Below, piece by piece: positions 40,701 to 52,700 of a DNA stretch of 64,000 bases. The stretch spans positions 19,840,001 through 19,904,000 of the forward strand of contig NC_087245.1 in NCBI RefSeq assembly GCF_037042905.1, given 5' to 3'. A model generated the notes under the pieces. The model was not told the DNA's origin. It saw only the letters and a program-made list of their open reading frames with translations, and did no database searches. The stretch comes from Lytechinus pictus. Taxonomy: Eukaryota. Positions within the stretch are counted from its first letter, which is position 1. The number at the start of each line of letters is the position of its first letter. Position numbers and translations under genes: made by a program.

Positions 40701-43700
40701 TCCAGGTTTTGGGGAATGAAAAAAAGTTTGTTAAACTTTAAAAGAGAATGTAATACAATGATTCAACTCCCACCCACAATGCCATCACCACAATGATGTT
40801 AATCATTATTGTTACACATGTGGCTCTGGTTCTTAACAAACACATTCTTCTTTCTTTACCCAACAAGACATCCATCACTCTGAGCCTCCTACACACTTCC
40901 AGGTGTCACTTGCACAATACCACATTAACAAACACTAGGAAAATTGAAATAGAAAAGGTGCGATCGTTATCAGCAACCCTCTGCTTCTTGTGCGCATCCT
41001 TCTCTCACGATCCGTCATGTCGGACGGTAACCGGGCTGCTTCAAAGGCAACACGCTCCGAGGGTGTGAAAAACAGTTTCCTGTAATTGTCCTAAGATTGA
41101 ACTTCTAACGGCCTTCGATCCTCTTCCTCCGAGATTGCGATTTGGCCGCTGCTAATCCCGAAGATCAGAATTTTCTAATCCGGGGATGACGCTTCACATT
41201 TTTCCGTCAACAATTCAACGTGACAGAGAAAGGATACTTCTGTCAGCGGGCATTTATTTTGAGGAGTCTGCCAATCAGCGGGGATGCAAAGTGAAGGTGA
41301 TCACCTATTAAGGTAACATACTGAATGTATTTAACACTTACAAATGTACACAAACATTTACAGAAATCACGCTCGAAGCCCCTGATGTGTCTTGAAGGCT
41401 ATGGGGCTGACACAGCCAGAAGTTGGATGACATCCACTTTTAGGACTGGGCAGCTTAAACTCATATATCACGCTTCTCATATTACACTCTCCTACAAAAG
41501 TACAAATATTATGGAAAAATGAAATAAAGCTCTTTACATGAAACGACAGATCCTAACATGTACGAGTGTTTATATTGTCAAGAGTATGAGATTAAAGAAA
41601 ATGATAAAGCATGTTACAAAGCAATTTTCAGTGTCAGAAAAAAAAGCAATCAGTTTTCTACAAGAAATGGTGTAAATAAAGGAACATTCAGAAGAGTCCA
41701 TAATCCTTCAATAACTCAAAAAGGTAGTTGTAAATTAATCTTCCATTGAAACTGCATAACTATTATAAACAGTTTCAAAAGGTAAAAAACATGTTTGGGC
41801 ATACTTTGGGGAAAAAAAGAAAATCCAATATAAATGCCTAAAATTTAAAGAAAGTGAAGGAAAAAGTAAATCAGTGGTGTAACTAAAATGTACTGTGATA
41901 CCATCCTCAAAATGAGGAAATAACAAGTCCTCAAGGCAAATAAAAGATGATTTTCGATAGGCTAGCAATTAGATCTGCAGACTTGCTTGAGAGGCATGTA
42001 TGTTTTGCTGCAAAAAAACTGTATATGACCCTTCTCAGGTTTCTCTTATGCACATACTTGGTAGGAGTGGGACTTGAAAGGGAATGAGTAGTTATGAGTG
42101 CTCTCATATAAAGAAAATTCACTAGTTTGCTGCTTCTGAGCAAAAAGAGGGCAACTGAGAACATCAGAGATAGAGCATGAAAGATACTGAAAGATAAAGA
42201 TGGATAAAGTAACAAAGGGAGGGTATGAGAGGGGGAGAAAAAATATAGAAAAGGGCAAAAATTTAAAAGGCTGCATTTGAGAAAAACTGAAAGACAAACA
42301 CACACCCTCACAGAAAAGGAGACATTGACATTCAGAGAAAGCATTATATATGTGGGATGTTATGATGTATTTAATTCCAAATTCTGATTTGAGAACAATA
42401 TTGTCGTTCAAACTATTTACCACTGAATTCTGCAATTCATAAAACAAAAGAGGTATCACCCATTCTCATTAGGCTGCATATGTTAGGTTCCCGATTTCAT
42501 TTTGGGCGCTTTCAAACATAATGGATGGCACTATCAGTATTGATGATCATTAACATGACATTCACATGTTATTCACCACTTGTGATAGATTGCAACAGGC
42601 GATCAGTAACAGGTCATTCAGACAGACGTTATTGCCACTTGGAATAGGTAGCACGTTTATGCTTCGAATCAACAGCAGTGTGACCTATGATGAGGTGTCG
42701 CAATGAACATAGCACATTGTCCATGTTTACGTACAATATGCCACAATGAAAAAAAATAGTTCTCTGTTTCGTGCATGCGACCTAACCTTTACCAAGTTAC
42801 AACCAGCCATGATCAGTGACATGTTGCTGACATATTAAAACTGCGTGCTATCTATAGCATAAATGTGGCCGCGAGTGATGACAAATCTTGAATGGCAATC
42901 AATCACCATTCACGATAACGGAGTAAGACCATCCGAACGTGCGTTCTATCACCACTCACGATGGTACAGCGCCATCGATGTACAAATATTGTACAATTAA
43001 TTGTATCTGTAGGCTTGTGGCCACCGTCAAACAGTTACAAATGATAAATATCAATTACATCACTTCATGTTACACGTAATGGTCTTTTCTTGAGGCTGCC
43101 CCATTGCGTGTCTTATCTGGGGGCTTGGACAGAGATGATTTGTGCACTTTATTAACAAAATAAATATTTGAGAAGTATGTCAAAGTTCAAACGAGTCACA
43201 TGTTAATTATCACCTTGCTATCGGATCATCCATCTTTTTTTTTTCCTTGGAGAAGTTTCTCATCTCCCCCTGCACACATCTCTGACCACCGACAGATAAC
43301 TAATTGATGCTCGGGCTAAAAGATTAGCGAATTTGAGCGAGGGGAAGGAACTCACGTCACGGAAGGGAAATGGAATGTACAACTCGATTTCCAAGGAGAA
43401 CGTTAAGAGAGGCACACTTGAAGTGTGGGTGAGATGGTAACGCGAGAGGTGCTTGTATGTGATGCCAAATTGAACTTCGTTGAATGTTTTCCACCTTCCT
43501 CCTTCTCTTTCTGTATCTTGTTTCCTTTGATATTTTCCTTCTGTGCGACTCGTTATCGACATCCCTTGCATGTCGGCGAGTACCCCACGATACATTACTG
43601 CCTAACTTTCTGAATTTCTTCACTCGTTTTCTTGTCTTATATCGACTATTCTTTCTCCCTGGTTTCATCAATATATCCATAGTACTCTGAAAGAAATGTA

Positions 43701-46700
43701 AAGCTAACATACATTCAACAGAAGAGCCCATTCACAAGTAACACTAGTTTCCTAGTATAATGTATTTACTGCATCACTCTTTCAGGAATCCTGGGAATAT
43801 AGAGTCATAGTACAAGATATATGTAAGAAAACTCTCAAACATTCATAAAGAAACCAAAACGCTAACGTCACTTATCAGAGGAAATCTTGCAAACTGAAAT
43901 TAAGGTGATTGATTTGATATGCTTGCTTGTAAATCGTGTTTTCATAATAATTCAATTTTCTTTATACTGTTCTATAAATATTGATCATGCAAATGGCATC
44001 AGGTAAAATTGTAATGTCCTTTATGATGTTTTATTTTTGCATCAAGTAACTTGGATAGCAACTAACATTGGTCACTAGATAAGCAGACCATTACTTATGT
44101 ATTTATTCATTTATTTCCATTGTTTGTTTTAGATTTTAATATTTTAAGTTTGTATCATATTTTTCCCTACTCATTTATAATTTATTAATGTAAATAATTT
44201 CATTCTTTTATTTTCATTCTATCTTTGTCATTATTATAACTATTATAATTATCATTATCATTATTATTATCATTATTAGTAGTAGTAGTTATTGTATTAA
44301 TATTGTTATTGATAATTTGATTTTAATCATTATTATTATTATTATTATTTTTTTTTTTTTGGGGGGGGGGCACTCCTCATTTTCACTCAAGCCATGAATA
44401 ACTTGGATAATATAGGATTCCATGACTCAGACCTCCTTTTCATTGATTGCAAAGTCCTATAGGGGTAGTATGCCCCCCCCCCTGTTGGAATTATCAAGAA
44501 GAGTTAAGTGTGATTAAAGCTATCCTTTAATTCCCACATGCACACATTATCATGTAACCTCAATGATGTCTGAATACAGTCAGTGGATGCCCATTGAGCT
44601 TTATCTAACTAATGGAGTGAGGCACTGTATTCCAGGGTCTCGTCTTACAAAGATTTATCAGATCTATTGCAACTATGGAAGCCAGCAATGCTCACATCTA
44701 AAATGCATGTTTATTCCATTTTTTTCCTTCTAGATATGATGTATATACATACATTCATGGTTTTCTTGAAAATTTGGTGTGTTCGCCTTTGTTTACAAAA
44801 GACATTTTGCAAATTTCGTGTAGAAAAAAATTATGTCACTGATGGATTTCCATAGAGTTACGATTGATTGGATCAATCATAACACAGATGGGGCCCAGTA
44901 TACAACTTTAAGAAATGACTTAGAAAAGAGGAGACCACCAGAACGTTCCCCTTCCAGATGGAGGGACAAAATCAGAAGTGACATTAGACTCCCCCTACAG
45001 GGTAGAACTGAATGGAAAAGGATCACCTGTAGGAGAGCAAAGGGACCCACCGTCCGATGCAACCAAGCCAAGTCAACCTTAAGAGCGATTTTAAGTCATG
45101 CTTAAACCTTTGTGAAACACCCCCAAGATCTACTCAAGCGTGTGAACAGGACCAATGTCACCAAGGTGTTGAAAGAATAAAGTCACCTAATACCTTACAT
45201 TCTGACAGGTAAGAATAGAGGATAAAGTATCGCCGGGAGGACGAATCCAATGATTTCCCTGACGGCTTCAAAGCCACTATGAGCTGCGATAAGATTGTTG
45301 CTGGATTTAAAGGCAAACATGGCCAGGAAAATGGGTTTTAAAGTAAGTTACCTTAATACATCCCGGGCTCTACCGTGACCTTGCTTTTTCTTGCGTATTA
45401 ACAATATAGATGTGTTTATTGAAATATATCTTTTGTTTGGATAGATTAATGTTTTTATTTCTTGAAAGGATGAACTTGGGTAAGACTTAACGGATTTGAT
45501 TAGAGGTCAATTATCATCCTCGCATAATCTGTATGGATCATGATACAGGTAATAATGCCTTAAAGTAAACCCATCCCCAATCTTGTCCATTCTATTCTGC
45601 TATAGTATTGGTGCAACCCTTTAATAGATTCAAGGCAAGTGGAATGGGGGATTCAGATGTTTTTTTTGGTTAGACTGACTAATAATTTCAGAAAAGGCAA
45701 TACGGTGGTATCTACGAAAACCAGTGCCTATGGCGAGCACCAAAATTGCGCCCTCTTCCAAACTTTAAAACTAGAACTGGCACTGAAATTGTAGTAGTAG
45801 TAATAATAACGATAAAATAAATTGTGCTATCTATCTAGAAATAATCTATCCAGAGATGCCAGCCTTGTGCATTCAAAGAGTTAATCCTGCCAGGTACCCA
45901 TTCACCTCACCTGGGTTGAGTGTACCACATTGTGGGTATAGTTCTTGCAGAATGGCGTGGATTTGAACCCACAGACCATGACACCCTTCTGACTTTTGAC
46001 AAAGCTCGCTTATTTGATTATTTGAGAGATTAAAGTTCAAGGCCTTCTTCTTTCTTTTTATAACTTTACTAAATGGTGACAAGTCCATCTTAAAATTAAA
46101 AAAAATCTTCAGGATTCAAGTCAAGTTCACATATCAACTTGTCATTGATCACAGCTGATCTGGAGTAAATCTAAATTAATGTAATTTAGAGTGTATTGAT
46201 AAAAAATATTGCACTTGAATTTAAATTTAAGTAATTCAAAATTTTTGTTTTCAATGTATCTCTTTAATATGATCTTCAAAATAACTTTCTACATTATCTA
46301 CAAACCAGGGCTAATATCTATTCAGAGGCAAGATGATGCAGACTTTTGTTGTTTTTGTTTTTGACCATATCAGCATATTTATCCTATTCTTATCATGGTT
46401 TGCAAAAGTTCCTTCCAAAATCCAGAAAATTTATAAAAATTGGTTTGTGGTCGATACCTGGTCCTCCATTAAAGTTTCAAGATTCTAGTCCAATCAGCCT
46501 TCTATGCAATAAATCTTGAGATTTAAAAAGAACTCCATTTCCATCAGCCCAAGTGGAACGGGGGGGGGGGGGGATCACCATTATTGACAATAACCAAGAG
46601 TTCCTGAATGTAGCTCATAGCATATGGTTGTGTGACCTAGTAACTTCTGGTAGCTTGAAGGTAAGAATAGTATACAGCAAGAGGGATAACACAAGTAGCA

Positions 46701-49700
46701 AGTTAAATGATGGTTCCTCCTGGAAATGTAAGAAATGATTGAGAATGCGGTGAGAAAGCAAATGCGACTAGACCAGCGCTTGCTACAGTACAAGTAGACA
46801 AAAAGTTGTTGAGTCACACATCACTGAACAAGAAGCAGAATTTCTAGTTCAGTGCAAAAAGTGAAGGGCAAATTCAAGCTGTGTGTTACATACATCCAGG
46901 AACTTTTGGTTATTGTTGATAGCATGAATTCTCATTTTAGCATGGAAGCCTGACCATGGGCTGAAGGACTGGCTAACTTATTGGCTCCATTGAATAACAT
47001 CTGATGATGTGGTACCATGAACAAATTATCCTCAGCCTGAAGCCAGAAAAAATAATAACAAAAAGTCAGATCCCTGGACACCTACACATCCAAAATCAGT
47101 TCATATCAAGTTTAGATTGCATAAACTGCTACACAGTGATCAATTGCCCATACTCAGTTTAATCTGCTCTTAACCCATTGAAAACCAAGCCAAGCCTGGA
47201 TGTAGGCTGGGGTCTATGGAAATGGGTGTTACAGCATAATCAGCCAGTCCCCAATGGGTTAAAAAGTTCTAGAACTCCTTCAGTTCATATCCTGTTCAAT
47301 CCAAGACTGTCCATGGAAATCTTAAAGAGACAGAAAATGGCCCCTTCTCTGTTTACTCTTCCATCTGCAAACAACTTTTATCTTGTTCGATATGTTTTCC
47401 AGAATGTAGACAGAACTGGCTTAATTATGGTGGGGTATAGACTAATCTAGGTTTGCGTGAGCAGTATTCATATGAAAAACACAAAGGCATGCATCCCTAT
47501 TTTCTCACAGATGGATAAAGTGGTTGAATAACTTGACAGCAAGGTCATATAGTAGAATTAAGCCCTAGCACAACATTTGCAATATTGTCTACTTTGTTGC
47601 TATAGCCTCTGGTCATTCCTTACCTACAAAGGTGTGCTAATTTAAACCATGGTTTTAATCTGCGTTTTCAACTCTCTGTAGCTGAATATGGCAACCCTGT
47701 CTACTATGTTACTTTCCTGGGGCCTGTTATGTAAAGACTAACGATACTGTGGAAGCCTCGATTTTGATTGGCTACTGACTACTGAGCAGCTGAGAACTGT
47801 TAGTCTATTCACATAATGGCAAAGTTACTATTCCATTCTGAAACATACTACTGACGTTTACTAGACTTCTGATGTTGTCTGGACTTAAAGTAGCAGAAGA
47901 AGAAAATTTAATTCTTTTAAATCTGTTTTTATTCCTGAGAAAAGTGATAAAAGCTGGATATACCTCAAACAAGCAGCAATTGTCCTTTCCCCCATGTTGA
48001 ATCATACTATTATCCCACCCCTTCACACAATTCAGTACAACTTCAATTATCATGTTAGTCATTCCCAGACAATTTTAAAAGCAGAAGTACCACAAAAGGC
48101 AACAAATTAAACCTTGTTTCTTAGGGAGATTTTGGGGTGCATGTACCAACTCTTTTTTTGGGTAGAATCAAGGTTTTTAAACATGTATTTTGGAGTTGAT
48201 TAATGCATGGGCTTCAGAAAGCCTTTTAGAATCACAAAATAAAATTGAGTCCATATCTAAAAGCATCTCTGCAAGGAAGATAACCAGAAAAAAAATCCTG
48301 TTTGGCGAAAATGAAAACGAGTCTCCTCAAAATTGCAGAATCCCAACCATGGGGAATGTACGATATAAGAGCAAAATCATGATTCCATAACTTTTTCTCC
48401 TGCAACAATTAATCCTGCAGTAAATTGAACATATCTAAAACCAAACTTCAAACCCACCTCTAACCTTAACCCTAATCCTGACATTATTCATAACCAAAGA
48501 TCCTATCACAATCCCAACCCGTATCTTATACATATAGAGAAATTAGCAGAGGATGAACTGTTACAGAATAAAATGTTGTGTTACCAAAATTATAATTGCA
48601 TCAAATGTTTAAGGTAATAATAGACAATGAACTGATTTTATGAAATACTTAGACATTAATCACTATCATTTATGAAAGATGTATGCAAATTTGGTAATAA
48701 AGGGAGGTCTTGCTCTGCTGCGGATCAACGGTGCAAAGCATTAGAAAAATTAAGTGGGTAAGTTTTGTGTTCGGCAGTGTTTTGTTGATTTAATTTTAAC
48801 ACAGGCAAACAAATAAAAAATACACAAATAAGTAGAGAAATTTGTGCATGGTAAATTTTTAAAGGTGAGGAAGAAACCTTGTAATAAAAATGCCCAACTG
48901 TACCAATTTGTTTTCTCCTCGTCAAGAGAGTATCTATTGAACTGCATTGTCAGGTGGAGTTGTTTCTTCTTCTTTTACTACCACCACCACCACCACCACC
49001 ACCACCACCACCACCACTACTACTACCACTACTAACGCAGTTTATTATTAGATTATACAGTGCGTCCCAGAAAAACGAAACCGAGATTTAGCGATGATTT
49101 ATCATAACTTAATCACAAATACAATAGACAAATGACCTACCAATGTAAAGCTTAGAATCTCCTCTTTCATCCGATATTAATTAGATTATTCCTCATTCAC
49201 GCATGAGTGAGCAAAAACAATTTGAAGAAAGGATACCAAAAACTCATTTGGCGGGGGGGGGGGGGGTATCTGAATTTTAAAAAGAAAATCACATGCCTAA
49301 AAAGTTCAATATCTGCTCTTTAATTTGATACCTTAATCACAAAAAATGGTCAAGAAGTAAAAAAGTTACGTTCCCACGAAACAATGCTTGTATTTCCATA
49401 ATTTCATTAAATAAATGTGTTTTCACCGGTTTCCCACAGAAGCTATCGCATGGTTAACAAAAGACTTCATGCATGGCTGATCGTCAACAAAACGGAGTGT
49501 CGAGTGAGTTTGAACGCTAGCCTGTAAAACCTCTTCATTTTATGAAATTATTGAAATTCAAGCCTTATTTCAAATAACCAGAACTTTTTTATTTCATGAC
49601 CATTTTCTGTAATTGAGGTATCAAATTAAAGAGCAGATATTGAAGTTTTTAGAATTGTGGTTTTCTTTTTGAAACCCAGATACAGCCCGCCAAATGACTT

Positions 49701-52700
49701 TTTGGTATCCCCTCTTTGAATTGTTTTTGCTCACTCATGCGTGAATGAGAAATAATCTACGTAATTTCAGATGAAAGAGGAGATTCTAGAAGCTTTATAA
49801 TGGTAGGTCATTTGTCTATTGTATTTGTGATTAAGTTATGATAAATCATCGATAAATCTCGGTTTCGTTTTTTGTGGGACGCACTGTATAGCAAGTAAGC
49901 CAAACCCAACAACAAATTCTGCTAAAATAAAACTGGTCTAAAATTACTATGTAATTAGTCAATTTAATAACGAAGTGCTTGGATAGAAATTGGCCTTGAC
50001 ACGAGAGGGAGAAACAGGAGCTAGCTCGCTATGGTTACAATTATCAACAATTACAGAACTACCTTCATTTCAGAATACATTAGATTTGGTGATAACATTC
50101 TATGTGTTCATGATTTTAGAAGTAACAATGTACAACCCCTAAAATAGAAATGTCTTTTCTTTTTTTAGAAGTATCAGACAGCACAAGCTCTTTTAACATA
50201 TTTTTAATGTATAAACATGCATCTTCAATGCTATTATAACCTGTGATACCCCCTCCCCAATTTTAAATAAAACAGAATAAAAGGATTATAAATTGGTATA
50301 CAGTACAACAAATGTTGCTTTTAAATAATTGCATATTTGGGGATACAAAACAACATATGGTCCAATATGTACAAGTACTTTATCATTCCAAAAGAGTTGA
50401 CAACAAAGATTTACCAAAAATAGACTAGTTTCCATTAAGTGCCACACAATTGTCTCTGTACAATGTTTGACATGTGTAAAACAACATCTATGAAGGGCTT
50501 TGCTATCCCCATTGGTGTATGGGACATCTTAACACACCTTTTTAGTTTTTACACTATATAAACTTCTAGGACTTGAAATCAACAGTATCCAGCAGAATTT
50601 ATTTATTTTGAATCACAAGGATTCATTTCTATATCTCAATTTAAATTGAGATCCACAAGGTTTATAATTCAATCTTTAAATTTGAATCTGATGTTCAGCT
50701 GGGTCCCGTAACACAAAGGTTAGCGATTGATCGTACGCTTGATTTTCACGATTGATTGTACATTGTAGTCAATGGTTTTGTGTTACGGGCCCCTGATCAT
50801 TATTCAAAACCAATCTGGATTTATTCTTAGGATTTACTTTAAATCCTTGAAGCTAAGAGTGCTTGATTTATGCAACAATGCGTGTGCAACCCCAACCCAG
50901 CCCTACTAAATTGAAAATGAACCTGAAATAAATTTTGGATAAATATATGTATACATTTCAACATGTTCATGAGCTAAATGGAAGAATGATTAGTCTTACC
51001 TTGCAGCCTTCACATGAGTGTATCCCGTAATGAAAACCCGTTGATGTATCTCCACATACCATGCACTTTATGAGCTCATTCAGTTCATCTGTAATGATAA
51101 TGAAGAAAGAGAATTAAGATATTTACCATAACACCATTATGCAGATGTACATTCTTAATTAAACTGAGATTATTGGAATACAGACATTTTCAAAACATTG
51201 GCATATTTTATTTTGCATTATAACTTCAATTGGTATTGATGTCATTTGTGAAGTCAAGATAAGTTTACAGATAATATTAACCCATCAGAGGCTGAATGAT
51301 TATCACTATAAACATGTGTTCCAAAGCCTCAAGCCTGTTTATCTGTGGATTCAGTCTCCTATGGGTTAAGACAGTCTCAAGAACTCAGACCTGTGATGGA
51401 ACATGGCAGCTTCATGAATAAAAATAAACATCAAATAACAATGAATGAACACATGCAAACAAACAGGCTTAGAGTATATGGAGCTTAATTCATTGGTTCC
51501 AACAAAAAAATAAAAAGATGTCTAGTGAAACACGTCAATTGTAGGATCCATGTTCTAGGGCTGTGTTTAATAAACATGTTTTTACCCTAGTTGCTTTCTT
51601 ATGGCGACCGCACACCTTACGATTGGTCTGCCACCCGATTTGGGAATAAAACCTAGTAGAATTCGATGCTGATATTGAGACATGGAATATCTTACTGTGT
51701 AATGTTCGAAATCATCGTACGAATACCTATATTCAAATCTGTGACTATGCTATCATCCTTCTTAGAATAAAAGCAAATTTAATATCTAGTCGTAATGACG
51801 TCATAGCAGTCGTACAATTGGCTACGATTTGAAACTAAGTTTGCCTTTATTCCAAAATAAAGGCTTGCAATCTTTCAAAATGGTTATATTAGTATTCTTT
51901 CAATTAATTTTAATCTCAAATAAAATTACATGTTCCATTCACATTTTCAGAAAATGAGCAAAATGCGATTTGTTCCAAAATCGGATCGCGAACAGTCGTA
52001 AGGTGTGCGGTGGCCTTTAGAGATTCAGGTCAAATCATGGTGTGTTCAAGTGATAAATGATTATTAAACATGAACATCTTTCAAATCAAAATATGAAAGA
52101 CAGAAGAATTTGCATTTTCCAAGGGTATTCTGCAGAATCATGATTGTTAAAAATCGCTTGAATGCGATGGTCGTCTCAATCACGATTCAATGATGGACTT
52201 TCTCTCAATCCAAACATGCATAGCGTAAACCCCAAGTTGACCTGACCTAGTCTTCCTGGGTCAAAATTTCGCAGTACGATGTGCGGTGGATAGGCTTAAT
52301 CATATTATATGAAGGACAGTCTGAATACACCGCTTCCATTAATGAGTTTGATATGTGATTCACACCCCCTAACTCCATTCTGGCTCTCAATAAGATATAA
52401 CGAGACAGTTGCACAAACAGTGACATTTACTAACTGTACCCTCTGATATGGGTTGGGGTCATCACAGTCGATCAGAATGGAGGTATGGTATGAACATTAT
52501 CACCTCTCCGACTATACAAACGGTATCAGGTAAATTCATTATCTATCAATACAATTTGATTATTGCTATTCCCCTTTTCACCTTTCATGCCTTTTGTGGG
52601 GGTGAGGTAGTATTCTGCTAGATAACTATACACCATCATCTCATGATAATGATAGCTATAATTGGACAGTGTAAAGAAAATACAAGAGCGTTTTGAAGTA

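Noticed and set aside
48844-49035. Poly-His ORF
   Set aside because: Translation of a (CAC)n microsatellite.
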